DNA of 64,000 nucleotides from Strigamia acuminata (Eukaryota): NCBI GenBank assembly GCA_949358305.1, contig OX442314.1, positions 25,234,001 to 25,298,000 of the forward strand, read 5' to 3'. Shown piece by piece: positions 1 to 14,213 of this stretch (position 1 is its first letter; each line of letters starts with the position of its first letter). The notes under the pieces were generated by a model. It saw only the letters and a program-made list of their open reading frames with translations, ran no database searches and was not told where the DNA came from. The position numbers and the translations under genes were made by a program.

Positions 1-390
1 TTTAAAAACTTCAAATTTTGTTTCAAAACTTCAAATTTTGTTTCAAAACTTCAAATTTTGTTTCAAAACTTCAAATTTTGTTTCAAAACTTCAAATTTTG
101 TTTCAAAACTTCAAATTTTGTTTCAAAACTTCAAATTTTGTTTCAAAACTTCAAATTTTGTTTCAAAACTTCAAATTTTGTTTCAAAACTTCAAATTTTG
201 TTTCAAAACTTCAAATTTTGTTTCAAAACTTCAAATTTTGTTTCAAAACTTCAAATTTTGTTTCAAAACTTCAAATTTTGTTTCAAAACTTCAAATTTTG
301 TTTCAAAACTTCAAATTTTGTTTCAAAACTTCAAATTTTGTTTCAAAACTTCAAATTTCGTTTTAAAACCTTGAAATTTTGGTCAAAAAC
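1..390. repeat. 20-bp tandem repeat (TTTCAAAACTTCAAATTTTG)n, ~18 copies
   Basis: Exact period 20, degenerating after ~360. Confidence 0.97.
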
Positions 391-501
391 TTCCCGGATG
401 AGCCTGCAATAGGTCCGCAATAAGTCCGCAAAATGCCGTTTTTTAATGCCGCTTTCCACCCGCAATTTCACTGTTTTAAGTCCGCAAAAATAGTAGGCTT
501 A

Positions 502-740
502 GACATCGTGCAGTTTGGCTCCGTCCACAATAAGAAAACTACAAATTAACAATGTTATAATTAAGGCCCGGATAAATGCATAAATGCGTAGGAATTATTT
601 TTATTCAATAAAAAGCCGAAATTGGTTATAAATGCATATTTTCCGATAACAATATAACGTATAATGTTATTTTGCAATGGTTTTTCTCATAGAGAGGGGC
701 AACCATTGGTACGATCACATGAATCGTGTCACCTGACCTC
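502..740. repeat. Dispersed repeat, also at ~8702-8775 (+) and ~43343-43467 (-)
   Basis: Shared TGCAGTTTGGCT(C/T)C...CTACAAATTAA(C/T)AATGTTAT and ...TCACCTGACCTC segments. Confidence 0.7.
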
Positions 741-2523
741 ATTTTGTGTTTGGTAATTTAATATTTGGTCACCAAATAAACGCTAAGTATCTAATATAAG
801 CATGGTGTTTATAAATGGGATTTATTATTACCTGGAGAATGACTGGCTTATTCGGCTGGAAGTGCAAGGTACTAAATGCTTTTATTCGCACCACGGGACG
901 AACATGTCAAATATTAATTTAATTACGCCTAATTGGTATATAATTAAGACAAAAAGTGGGTTTTGCTACATTTAATTTCAGACTAGTTTCTATTGGTAGT
1001 CCTTTTATTGGTATTTTTTTCCTGGGTGTATGTGAAGCCATCAGACACTTGACCACAATCTTGCTTTCACCTTTGCTTGTAGAGAGAAAAAACACTTACA
1101 TGTTTCAATTTATCCTCACAGTGGAGTGAGGTTGAGAGGTAAAAGAGGGATGTGTAACTGCTACATAGCACATTTACTGAGCACTTAAGAAACCTAAATT
1201 TTTCACAAGTTTAATGTGATTATATTAAAGAGAGAAACGCTAATAAAGTTATGACATATTTAATAAATGTGCTGTTAGACAGATGCATTAAGTTAAAGAA
1301 GAATAATTTGAAAAAGCAATTAAAAACGAGACTTTTCAAATGATAATTTCTTAAGTGTTTTTTTTTTTTTTTCTTAAATTTTTATGGTGTGGTTATCTTT
1401 AAATGGAAGCGAGATTGGATCTGCAAATGGGAAGAAATTCTGAGATATTACACGTTGTTAAAAGTTTAAGCAAGTTTAATGGTAGATAAAATAAAATATT
1501 TTAACTTTTTGTGTAAGAAACTGCATTAACAACTTTAATTTTATTCTGTCGAAATTCTACATTGAAAATTAAATTATTTGAATAAAAGAATTGAAAGTGT
1601 TTTAAATTTAAATTGAGTCTTTTCAACCCTAATTTCTTGGAGTTGGGTATTAGGATTTAGGATGATTATTTTCGGCCATTTTGATGTCATTTTATGATTT
1701 AAAGTCGCATTTATAAGCTAAGCCAGAAGTATTTTTGTCTACGTATGCAATTTCCTATTTTTTGAACAATGAGGGAGAATTTTGCCCATCAAGTGGTTTT
1801 AAATAAAAATTTTGAAATATTGCCTGGGATTATTTTGATATCATCAGTACATCTCCATGATAGCAACAATAGATAAATGATGGATATAAATTTACCATCA
1901 TGACATTTTATGCACTTTTCCAAATGGATTGTACTGCCATCATGCAAGAGTAAGATTATTTTTGACGTAATTATGACATAGTGCAATTGCAATTACAACA
2001 ATTACTGTAAATATTTGTACTCTTGTGAGATGCATTTTAAGATTATCTTTTGATTGTGCCGATGTAACTATAAAGCTTCAGTGTGTACAGGTAAATAACC
2101 AATCGGAGTTTGGCATAAGTTTTTGTGAAGAGGCGTTAAGCACGCTTTAGTTCTTTACCCGAACTAGCTGCCAAGTCAAACACAATTGGGACTTTGCGAA
2201 TTTTGATTTAAATTCACACTTGTGATGTTTCTAAATAGATTTATTTTTTAAACAATACGAATTTTACACGTGTGTGGTATAAGTGTGCGTCTAAAGAGAA
2301 TTTCGCAGAGTCCCTCAGGATATTGATCCATAGCACGACTTGCAGGTAGATCTTCCAATAACTGTCGGAAGTGGCCTAAAGAATGGCTTCAAGTTTGGGA
2401 AAAACCGTATTTAACTCGGTAAAAACACGCAGAAGAAGTCACACGCACAAATTAAGTTAATGTCTTCTATCTCAACCTTTGCTGCCAGAGGAAATTAACA
2501 ACATGACATCCTAACCTAATCGC

Positions 2524-2904
2524 AAAGCTAGGTTCACACTTGTGTTTACACTAGACGCAATGCAAGGAAAAATTAGTCAAATTCAATGCCGAGTCTGTTT
2601 ACACTGTAGGGCACGTGTGACCAATCAGATGGTTTCAATGAAACCTGGAATTAGATTTAGTTCTAGAACTAGTTTCAGAATCCAAAAATGGCGGCTCGTT
2701 TGCATGCGGCAAAGTCTAGCAAACCAGACGTGAATCGGCGAGAGTTGGAGTCGATCGTGATTGGTTGGCCGCAAAACCTTTCCTTTCGTTGCGTCGTTTA
2801 CTGCAACTTGGAGTTGAAGCAGGAACTGGCGTCAATGTCAAGAATTTTTGGATGCAAGCAGTTTGCGTTGCATCTAGTGTGAACGCAAGTGTAAACCTAG
2901 CTTT
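2524..2904. mobile_element. MITE-like element with ~40-bp imperfect TIRs
   Basis: AAAGCTAGGTTCACACTTGTGTTTACACTAGACGCAA ... TTGCATCTAGTGTGAACGCAAGTGTAAACCTAGCTTT. Confidence 0.75.
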
Positions 2905-3763
2905 AGGTTAATGTACACATTTGGCCAATGATGAAGCCAGAATTGGGCCAATATTAAGCCAATATATAATGCTACCTGGGTAATTCCTCGGGGTCTCTTC
3001 ATTTTGTCGTCGAAAAAACTTCCTTGTTCGCAGAAAATGCGAACCAGGATACATTTACCTATCAATAGGCATTTTGAACCAAAGTATTTCCCCTGTCAAT
3101 AGACGCTTCCGATCCCAAATCATATCTGGGTCAATTGAAATCCATAGTGGTTTGGATTCAGGTGTGTGGTCATACATCGTGCGATGAATTTCAATGTGCG
3201 AAAGCAATTTCTACATAGTTCTCTATCTAAAAGGTTTAGGTAGTCCATGCATGCTGCTGAAACAGAAATGTATTGCATTATAAAGTAACAAAAGATGGGT
3301 TTATAGCCTTTGCAGGAGTTCGTTCCTACAATAGACCTCATGTTTACATTTGTCAATTCCATTATGTTCACTGCAGCTTCTCAAGTTACACATCAGGTAG
3401 AATACCTTTTGTCTTGGCTACATTGTTTCTGAGCTCCTCTGTGGATAATGATAACAAGGTTGTGCAGAGCTCTCTTCTTTTCTTTTAGGAGAATTAAATT
3501 AGGTCGTGAGGAAGGGACCGTAATCACGTGAGCACTACTTCTATTGCACATCTCAGTTTCTTAGAGCTGAAATAATAAGCTTTTCTCTTTTCTTGGGCAT
3601 TTTCTATATGGTGGGCCCTGGAATGAGCATAGGCTATAGCCTGTTTGCCCTGTAGTGGGTATTATTGATCCATCAGGTAGAGGTTGCGAGTGGGAGAGAT
3701 TCTTGTCAGAAGAGTTTAAGATGTGAGAATGATGTGGATGGTGTACAGCAGCGTGGCATTAAG

Positions 3764-3814
3764 ATGAATGAAATGATGAGGAAGTGGGATAAAGGAAACA
3801 ATAGAATACACAAG
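3764..3814 (+). CDS. Candidate alternative first coding exon A of navigator gene (MNEMMRKWDKGNNRIHK)
   Basis: ATG at 3764, 17 codons, strong donor AAG|GTAAGT in phase 0 matching the CH exon at 27711; paralogous to 11036-11086. Confidence 0.6.
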
Positions 3815-4476
3815 GTAAGTTGTGGAGAATATTTATCATGAATGATTATTATTTATGGTTTGGGGACAGAAAATTCTTGTTTATGTATGTGAAAGTTATT
3901 TATTGATTTGTTGCATTAAATATCACGTTTTCTTTCTCCTCTGACAAGTTTTATACATATTTAATGTTTTCTTATATGTTGTTTTTTTTTATAATGTGGA
4001 ATGTTGAAATTTTTGGAGATACATTTGGTAATTATTGTTGCACAATGGTTTTTGACAGCCTGGTGAATGATTAAATAGTTGTTGTATTGTGCTAGCTCAC
4101 TTATTAAGATTTGTGATGCTATAAATTTAAATATCATGAGGAATAAATGAAGAAAAATGGGAAAGGTGATAGGCCATTGGTAGAAAGATTGTGGGACTGC
4201 AGTATATCATTACTTTAATGGATGAAACAATAAAATGAGTGAGATTACAAAATAATAAAAGATATTATGGTCTTTATGTTCTGATTTGTCGTGAAATGAG
4301 AGGGGGCCGTCAGGGTCACTTGGCTCGGGCCCCCGACCCAAGTGGGGCTCCCAAAGTCCAGGGGTTTTGAGTTAGAAACAAAAAACTGGAAGTGGATAAT
4401 TTGTGTAACGTGTGCTAATATTTGCATTATTTAATGTAGAGGGTGTTTGCTTTAAAGTGTTTGCAGTCAAATATTA

Positions 4477-4956
4477 GAGAGTTTGCGGGATGCATTTTTC
4501 CCTTATTTTTCTCTACGTTACACTATTTTAGTGCCACAACGTAAGGGAAAAATCTTTAGTGTATCGTTTTCAACACTAAATTAAAATATAGCGCAGCCAA
4601 TCAGAATTGAGAACACTATATTGTTAGCTTCGCCCATTGCAAATGGCGATTATTTTGTTGTCCCGATCAAACACATCAGTCATAGGTACGTAGATTGAAT
4701 GATAAGATATTGAATTTTAGGCCCAAAACCATACTTTATAGGCATAATAATGGAATTTTATGCAGAAATTTGCACATTTATGCCCCAAATTAAATTTTTA
4801 GGCCCAAAATTACTAACTGTCAGTAGTTGGCTGAAATAGTGTAGTGATAAGGGAAAAGTGCAGCCCGCAAAAACTTAATTTATCATTTTTCCCTTACACT
4901 ATTTTTATAACGTATAGTGTTTAATTGTAAGGGAAAAATGCATCCCGCAAACTCTC
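4477..4956. mobile_element. MITE with ~29-bp TIRs, TA flanks
   Basis: GAGAGTTTGCGGGATGCATTTTTCCCTTA ... TAAGGGAAAAATGCATCCCGCAAACTCTC. Confidence 0.8.
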
Positions 4957-6123
4957 TATTTGTTAGTTTTAAGTTATCGTTATGTTTGAAAACGTGTGTA
5001 TTGCGCGCGCTCATGTATTGTTGTGATTTTCGAACACAGTTCGACTCGTGTACTTTATCGAGTAAACACTTGTTTTATGTTCAACTCATTTTCCCTGTTC
5101 ATTTATTGACTTACGAGTTTTGGAATAAATTAAGTCAAAAGCACTATACAATTGTAAAATATGATTTTGAAGCATACGGGTATAGGCGCATTCATAAACT
5201 TGTTTATATTGGTTCGGGATTCGTATGAAACTTTGTGCAAAAAAGATACTCAGATTTGGAATCCAACAGCTGTCGAGTATTATTGCTTTTCACCTAGAAT
5301 TGGACACGTGTGAATTCTAGCTTGATTTGAGAAGAAAGCTATCCTGTTTCCTGCTGTTGAAGGACCATTATTGCTATTGGGATTTGAAGTGAAAATTCTG
5401 TTTTATAGTTTGGCATCTGACCCTAAAGACATGATGTGAGGAACATAATGCAGCACGGCGAAATCTTATATAGGAAGCCTGAGAAACGTCGAATACATGT
5501 GTTGTCTTCGTAGATCAATAATAGGTCTCTATGGACGTGTCGTCCGTAAATACAACGCCAAGTAAACACAGATGGGAGATATACTTGCAGGGCTATTTGT
5601 TTTTTGGAAAGAATATGTTTGGAAATGAGAAATGCCGGTTCATATGGTGAAAATGTGCACACCGGATTACGATTACGAATGAATGGGCTCATTTTTTTAT
5701 GGAAAAAATAAAAAAAATAAGAAAATTGTGTAAGAAAAGGAAGGAAAGACGTGGTGGAGGTTTGATTGAATGACTAAGAGGAAGTGTTGGTGAATCTTTA
5801 AGGAAAATGGTTCATTAAAATGAGGTAATGTGGAGAGAATAATAATCTGGCTTGGAGCTGGGTTGCCATAGGGATATTGCTACTATATAATCTAATCACG
5901 TCGTAAGCGAAGATTGTTACCATAGTTGATGGTATAAAGGGTGGTTAGGAACTACTTCCCACACTGCATTTGTTTTCCGTTCGACGTTTTCATTAAGATG
6001 CAATTTTGTCATTGAATTTTAGCTTTACTGGATCTGACGTCAATAATGGCGGGTGTTAAGCTGCTTGTTTAGCTGCAAATTTTGAATGTAAATTTGGTAT
6101 TTATTCCATGATTTTTATAAGCA

Positions 6124-6480
6124 AATATTTATATTTAAGCCTAAAAATTCATATTTAAGCCCAACAATTTATATTTAAGCCTAAAAAATTCATATTTAAG
6201 CTTAAAAAATTCATATTTAAGTCTAAAAAGTTCATATTTAAGCCCAAAAAATCATATTTAAGCTCAACAATTTATATTTAAGCCCAAAAAATCATATTTA
6301 AGCCCAACAATTTATATTTAAGCCGAAAAAATGTATATTTAAGCCGAAAAAATTCATATTTAAGCCTAAAAAATTTATATTTAAGCCCAAAGAATCATAT
6401 TTAACCCCAACAATTTATGTTTAAGCCGAAAAAATTCATATTTAAGCCCACAAAATTCATTTTCAGGCCAAAAACAATCA
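6124..6480. repeat. Degenerate ~20-22-bp tandem repeat (ATATTTAAGCC(C/T)AAAAA..TT)
   Basis: Recurrent ATATTTAAGC core. Confidence 0.9.
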
Positions 6481-7539
6481 TTTTTTGACTAAAAACATTC
6501 AAACGGCAGTCTAAAATATGTACTAGTATTTGGACTGCGACCTGTGCATGCGTTGAAAGCAATCAACGCAGAATTTTATTTTGCTTTTTATTTTAGATTT
6601 CTCTTGTTAAATTCTCCACTCAAACTTTGCTGTGTATCGCATTTCAATCCCCTCGCATTATGCCACTGGGATTTGAATTGACTGCGCTTGTTTTGCCTGT
6701 AACATGAGAATAGGCAATTTTCTAAGCATGTATGTTGTTTGACGCATTGCGGATTTATTTCAAATCAAGTCTGTCGTACACGCTTTTATACGAATTTGTC
6801 GAGTACAAATGTATTGTGACACCCATTCTCTTTCAAATGTTGATTGTCGAAAGACTTGGAAGACTCGCAAGACTCACGTATTGATCTTTGCTTGTGCTGT
6901 CTTTATTCTTCGAGAGCTTTCTTGCCCCACTTTGAGCACCCCATCCTGACATAATCGCAAATCACCCCGCTGAAATTAGCGGTCAATCGAAGATACCATT
7001 TGGTCAGATGGTGTTTCCCCTCATCACTGGATCTTATCACCCAACATGTGCCTAATTAAGGAAATTGAAGGGTAAATTGAAATGGGCTAACCTCATACGA
7101 CCGGGTATCGAGCGCTGATTTGAATTTCAACGGTTGTTAAACGAGTCATTCTGTTTGTAATTATAGGCAACGTCTGCTGCCAGGGAAAAATAATATTTCC
7201 TAACCTATAACCTGCTTTAACCAAAATATAATGTAAAATATAACTGTTGCACATTAGTGACGTGATAATGAAATGTTTATATTGTTGGATATTCTTCCGT
7301 TACAAAATAAAACATGGAGGAATTGTGCATTTTAAACTTCTATTTCATATGTGTATGGCTGGGAACAGCTGAAAGGCCTACGGAAAGAGAGGAACACCAG
7401 GCAGAGAGGGTCTTCATGAGTGTTCAAATATAAGCTGAACTTGTAGGCCTGTTCCTACACATTGTTGATATTGTGTAAAACAGACGGGCGCCACAGGTCA
7501 GGGGGCCCCACTCCAGGTGCCATTTTTTCCTAGAGATGC

Positions 7540-7829
7540 ATTTTTAGGTCTGAAAATTCATTTTTAGGTCCAAAAATCCATTTTTTGGTCCAAAAATCCA
7601 TTTTTTGGTCCAAAAATCCATTTTTTGGTCCAAAAATCCATTTTTTGGTCCAAAAATCCATTTTTTGGTCCAAAAATCCATTTTTTGGTCCAAAAATCCA
7701 TTTTTTGGTCCAAAAATCCATTTTTTGGTCCAAAAATCCATTTTTTGGTCCAAAAATCCATTTTTTGGTCCAAAAATCCATTTTTTGGTCCAAAAATCCA
7801 TTTTTTGGTCCAAAAATCCATTTTTTGGT
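7540..7829. repeat. 20-bp tandem repeat (TTTTTTGGTCCAAAAATCCA)n, ~14 copies
   Basis: Exact period 20. Confidence 0.97.
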
Positions 7830-10800
7830 TCGAATTTATTTTTCACAAAAATGCTTACCGGTACTTCGTCAAAAAAGACGAATGCACTACAAGTATACCC
7901 TAGGAACGGACCTGTGAAATTGTAAATGTAAAAATGATTTTTTTTAAATTACAGCAAGGGGTAAAGGGCGCTGAAAAGTGTTAAGACGGCCCTGGTAATA
8001 CGTCAAAGGCGATGTTTAATTGTTTGTCTCAGAGCGAGATCTGGTCTGTCGACGGCCCTGGTTTGACGTTTTATTTTATTAAAGGATTTGTAAATTTAAA
8101 TTAATTATAAAGTCGTAAAATCACTTCTTGGATTAATGAAACAGGTTCTTCATTCTATCTGTCTTCATCTTCGATCGTGTTCAATTTAGACTTTTAAATG
8201 TGGTGAAGCCTTGAAGGAGAAATGTGAAGACGAGTGTGTGGTTGGAATGAATTAATCCATCGACTTTTTTGTGGATTTTTTTTTTCATTATTCTTTGTCT
8301 ATTCCATTTGTTGTTGATTTTGCTCGAGGTTCATGTGCATTGAATAGTTCTTGGAGCTTTTCCAGGCAATTTTGTTCGGTGTTATCTGTGTGGAACGTGG
8401 AGATTAAACTGTTTAAGATGGTATGAAAGAAGGGACTATTGTGTATTGTTTATGACTACAGTTTTGTGGGATTGTGAATGAAAATCTTGGAATTGGTTGT
8501 TTACACATTTTTAAAGCCAATATAACTTCCCAAAGACCATTGAAGTCCATTTGACCACAGAAGTGGACAAATGCTAATGCAAATTTAATGGAATTTGGTT
8601 TGAATTTATTCACAGAATGTGGACATGTAAACGACCGGTGAAGACCGATAAGTGTGAAGAAAAACAAGTCATTTTGCTTCAATAGATCATTGGAAAATTA
8701 TGACATAATGCAGTTTGGCTTCGCCCACAATAAGAAAACTACAAATTAATAATGTTATTTTGCAATTGTTTTTTTCATTGTTATTTATTTTTCCATCTAA
8801 AATTTAATTTTGCATTTCACTCCATAATGAAGCTACATGGTGACCAGATGCAAGGTTAAAATAATTACAGTCTGTGTACAGTATTCCAAATTCGAACACT
8901 AAATTCCATTTTTAGCTTCTGGAAACAAAGACTAAAATTGTTTATTGCGCATTAGCAGTTTTTAAAAACTTATTTTTGTGTTAAAACAAGATGGAAGTTT
9001 GATTTTCCATCTGTTATGATGCACCAGAAATATCGGAGACTTGCTGCTGGATGTGGTTTAGCGTTCGTTAGGTGGAGTGGTGGTGTGCTGTGGTGCTTCT
9101 GGCTTTGTTCTGACATTGCTTGTTGGTTGCTGTTTTCTTAATTAGAAGGCAGAGAAGTGACACGAGTACTTGCACTTGCTTTTATCTTTGTGGGCAACGA
9201 TAGGGTTATCGGTGGGTCGAATGCTGTAAAGAGCTATTATGAACTGAACTGGGGACTAGGCAACAATTCCTTCATGTTTTAATTTAAAAAAATATTATAA
9301 GTAAAATTTATGGTGTTAATCTGTTAAAAACACCATTGATTATGACAAACTCCCATTGTTCCATGTTTTGGCACTGGGAACATGAAACACATACAATCTG
9401 TGTCTCTAGATCAGTGTCTCACCGAGATCTTGGTTGATATTGATTTTTTTGTGTGTTTTGAAGTAAGGTTGGCAGATCTTTTTTTATTCATTTTATTTTT
9501 TTTTATTTATTTTTTTTTTTTTAATTTTTTTTTTTAAAAAAAGAAAAATGTTAAAGTGTTGATGGTTGCATTTTTCTTTTCCAATTTTCCAAATTGTTTT
9601 ATAAATAAATATTCTTGACACTCAGAATCCTCAAATATTTATACTAGCGCGAGGAAACGAGTGCAATCAACAGCAAATTTCATATCCCATAATGGCTATC
9701 CCTATTTCAAGTTGGCGATTTGTTTATTTTCCTTTCCTAACGCGAACGGATATTAAACCAAACCGTCTGGCTCGTGTAAATATTGTACATGTGATATATT
9801 GTATGTCGTATACAAATAAGGGGCACTTGTTTAGTATACAAGCTTTTTTGGCGCAGGTAACGGCAACGATACCGCTTGGATCGTTACCAGTTCACTTGGA
9901 TGCCGTTCGGACTGTGCAATTTCAATTTAAAAAAAAATTTTGAAAAGTGAACTGAACTATTGGTTCAAGTTCGCGAAATAGAACTTAGTTCACCTTGAAA
10001 AAATTTGTAGTGAACGCGAACGAGAACTAGTTCGCGATTTGGTGAACGAGATACAACACTGGCAATGCGTCTAGTGCGTTTCAAAGCATGATGGACGAAG
10101 TACAAATAACAGTTAACGTAATATTTTTTATATTGATGTAACGGTAACGCATTACTGTTGTTTACCTTAGTGCGAGATAATTTTTAAATCCAAATTGCAA
10201 AAAAAAATAAAGTGTTGAAAATGTGTCAAAAGTGACGAGATGCAAAGCGAAAATCGTTATCTCATTTTCATGAGTTTTCAAGTCTGTCAACGTTGATGTG
10301 TCATTCCTTGATAAGAAAATATTAAATACAATTTCAAACTTTAAAGGTCAAGTGTTTGTCATATTACCGGTCAAAATAGAACAAAAAAGACTGACCCAAT
10401 TCTTGATTTTGGTAAACAATGAGGTGAATTGTGCCTGCAAAAGATGGCCGACATAGAAATTGTAACAGGGCCTTTCAGAGGTAAAATGGGACCCAGGTCA
10501 GTATGAATAAAATCCTTAAATGCACTTAGCATGAAGTCCTGGGCTTTGGGGACTCCCTTAGCCAGAAACAAGGGTTAAATCAAGATGGCGACTAGATTTC
10601 CCAACGGTATTTACGACACGGATGAGAAACTTTGAACCTCGTGATAAAAACTGAATTGTCAATCACACGTGGGTATAAATTTACGTATTTTGTGACTGGT
10701 TACAGCATACAGGTATGAGGATGTTATTTAATATGCGTAATTTGATGTTGGGGAAAATTTGCTTTGCAAATGCAGCGAGAGTCGGGTTTGTTGAATGTTT

Positions 10801-11035
10801 GATATCCGGCATTCGATTTCTGCGCCTCGTGAGCAACGGATTAATATCTTTTTCTCTTTGCCTTTTTTCTTATTGGGCCCTGGAATGTGTGTTATACAGC
10901 AACTGGCCGGGAGTGAGCATTATTGATCGACGGCTTCAGGTTGCCAGTAGATTCTTGTCGCTGGAGTTTAAGAATTCACAAAGATGTGATCGGTAAATGC
11001 GAGTGGAATGGAAATGCGTGTACGCCGGTTTTGAA

Positions 11036-11086
11036 ATGGATGGAATTCGCTGGAAATGGGATAAAGGCAATGGGAAAATTCATAAG
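11036..11086 (+). CDS. Candidate alternative first coding exon B of navigator gene (MDGIRWKWDKGNGKIHK; upstream in-frame ATG at 10997)
   Basis: 17 codons, donor AAG|GTATTT in phase 0; 10/17 residues identical to exon A, with synonymous changes. Confidence 0.58.
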
Positions 11087-14049
11087 GTATTTTTATTTTA
11101 ATTTATTTTTTTTTTATTTTTTTTTATTTTTTTTTTTTGCTACCGGTGTAAAGGGAATTTGTTTTTCCATGTCGGTAGGTATTGACTAGGGATTTGTTGC
11201 AGGGATTGGGATATGGTCGCGTACTCGCGTGTGCCAACCATGGGTGAGTGATTAATTGCAAATCAATTATACATTGATGTTGATGATGGTATATGGCTGT
11301 AAAGTGTGTTTGGATTTATGTTAGAGGAGTTGGGCGGTAATTTTGACACAATAGACGGGGGGAGAAATGTTTTTGTGATAGAAAAAATGTCATTTATCAT
11401 TTTGTGATTGAATGGACCGTATTTTCAGGTTTTTTTTTTATTTATAATAAGTGGTTTTGTTTTTGTGCACTTTGATATTATAACTGATAATTACTTGCAT
11501 AGTTGAGATATCCAGGTGTAAATTTGGTTATTTATAATCTAAGTTCAAAGTAACTTTTGCTTACGTATTTTTTTGAAGTTTGAAAATGTCAGTACGGGAA
11601 ATGACGCTTTGTTCGGCCGACGGAAGCGCGTCTGATGCGGCTTGATTGGATGTCATTTCCCGTACTCTCGACTTAGTCGAATTTCTCAAGAAATTTCAAA
11701 CTCGCCGTCGATTTAACCCAACTTCAAACTCGCAGATGCAATAATCTGCCTACAGTAATCCAAATAATCCACTAGGTGTTTGGATTACAGAAAAAAGACG
11801 GTTTTAAGACTGATTATGCGAAAATCTAAAAACGAAGCAGATGCGCGAATCTTGTCGCAAACATTTTCGATCCAAACTCTCCTCAATAATTGAGGTAACC
11901 GCTTTAAGAGCACTTATTTATTTATTGTACCCAGATTAACCGCTGGGAGCGTGTAAGACAGCTATAAAAATAAATTGTTTTTAATGTAAGAGAGAATGGG
12001 ATCAGCGATGTCGTGAAAAAAGTCGAGTTTAGTTGAAGTGCAGTAGTTGAAGCGTTATTATATTTGTTTGATGGAGTTAATGTAGTGGGAATGATGTTTT
12101 CCATTGGTTGGCTGCTTAGAATCAACACGAGATCACTTTAGTAACCAGGTAACGGTATCCAGGGAAACTGATGGAACATCAACATCCTGCCACATTCTCC
12201 ATACATATTGCATTCAAGTAGATGAGTATGAGGAGAGTAGTTGAGAAATCTTTGTGCCATGAAAAAGTGGTCTTTAGAGGAAATAGATCTTGCACTCAAT
12301 GGTTTCCATAGGCAATGGTAATGTTATTTACACAGGAAGTGAATTTAATTATAAATGTGTGGTGTGGTGTGATGGGGTGGGAGACATGGGGACTGAAATT
12401 CTGATTTACGGGTCTAATTTTCGGGGAGAATTGGGCAAATTGCATTATCATGTTTGTTATTATGAATTAATGGATTGCCAACTTAGACTGTGGACTTTTT
12501 CACTCGAAAACAATGTTGATTAATTTTTTTTTTTTTTTTTTCCAGAAAAGTGTAAATTTGAATTTAGCTTTTTTAGGGAATTGATTTTGTCAACAAAGCA
12601 GTTTTCCGAAAAAGACATTTGGAAAACTAATTTTCATTTGTACGAGGTAGATTTTAGGCGTTTTGCGCATTGCTGTTTGCAATCTTGAAAATATACATCC
12701 AAAGAATACAAGCAAAACCAATGAAATAATAGAACCAAGAGTCACGCTTCTGCAGGTGTTTATCTGTGCGGGCGTGAAAGTGTCGTTCTTACCATGACAT
12801 TTTGCATTTTTATTAGAAATGTATTTTAAATTATTTGGTAAAATACGGTATCTTGGAAAAGCGTGTGCAAGTAAACATATTAATTGTAACGATAGAGTAG
12901 CGGAAGTGAATTTTAAGTAACGATAGGCGGGTGATAACTATTTACTTTTGCGGCTAAATAACTGTAACTTGGGTGACTTTTGTTTATACTATCTGATGTA
13001 AAATATTTGGTTTGAAAGTGTAGCAACAATTGAAACTCAACGCATTGTTGACACAAGCTGTCACCAGTTTGCCGGTTCGCCACTTGACACTGTTTGTTTG
13101 TGTATACCGAGTTCTCAAATTTGGAATTCAACAGGTCTGCATCTCACAGTCGAACGAAGGGATGACAGCTGTTATTGGTTTTCCCAAACGCCGTGAAGGA
13201 TTTTTGTCTTTGTCAGCTTGTTAGTTTCGATTATTCGATATTTTTCTTCCAATTCTGTTCTTCTTCTATTCTTACATTCCTTTTCTTCCCAATTTTAAAT
13301 CTATTGCTTTTTTTATTGATCTTATAGTAATATTAGAATAATTGATGCTATCAAAATCTTATCCTATACACACTACTGCCATCTAGCAGTAACTATGAAC
13401 ATGATAAAATTATTGATTTACATATTTGAATTTCTTAAAAATACCCTATGGGACCGAGGTACCCATTGACTGTAGCTATAGCCAGTTTCTCATTTTCGAT
13501 GTAATCAGTTGGATCTAAACGCCATATCTCCGGAAGCATTTCGATCATAACTCCTCTAAGTTCATTTAAAACAATTATTGCTCTAGAAATAAATAAATAA
13601 ATAAATATGTTAGTATATGTGTATTTGAAGACAATAAACGTTATAACATTTTCATTTAACACTAAACGGGTAACTAAAAGCTTGATCTGGTGACCTTATT
13701 ACTTAAAACAAATTATCTTAAGTTGCTAAGTTAACCTCAAACCTGAAACTGTACAATTTGGTACCATAGTTCTAACAGTTGCACCTAAAACTGACGTAAA
13801 TCAATAAGCGTATGACGCAGTTCAAAATGAACATGTGGTAGGACAATGCTGCAATTAAGCTAAAAGTTGCCAATTAATAGAATAAACAAAGTAGTGTTGC
13901 TTTTTTTATTCTAAGCTTATACGAGGAGATATTTTTATATTAAATAGTTTTTTAGCTTCCTTAACTGACATTATAAGCTTTGGTATGTCATTAGAATACA
14001 ATCAGCTATTTAGTTGTTTTATTTGTTTAATTTCTTTTCTTACAGAAAG

Positions 14050-14153
14050 ATGTTTTTGATGAATACTAAGTTGGTACTGTGCTACTTTATTGTAATGAAT
14101 TTGCTGCTTTTGGAATATTCTGATGCTGGTAAAACGCCCAAAGAGAAAAAGCA
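14050..14153 (+). CDS. Putative signal-peptide-encoding exon of a small secreted peptide gene (MFLMNTKLVLCYFIVMNLLLLEYSDAGKTPKEKK)
   Basis: 63-nt 5'UTR intron 13983-14045 (GTATGT...ttttcttacag), ATG 4 nt after the acceptor, hydrophobic core ending SDA, donors at 14129 or 14154. Confidence 0.45.
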
Positions 14154-14213
14154 GTAAGAAATTATTTTAAGAATAACAATAGAGTTATTTAGAAATTAGA
14201 TATTGGCTGCAAT

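Noticed and set aside
18..412. Repetitive ORFs (MFQNFKFCFKTS...) and a CRISPR-like appearance
   Set aside because: Translation artefacts of a stop-free 20-bp tandem repeat; no unique spacers.
815..868. Possible fourth phase-0 first exon (MGFIITWRMTGLFGWKCK|GTACTA)
   Set aside because: Weak donor and no similarity to exons A/B; unsupported.
7530..7925. Six overlapping ORFs
   Set aside because: Products of the 20-bp tandem repeat.
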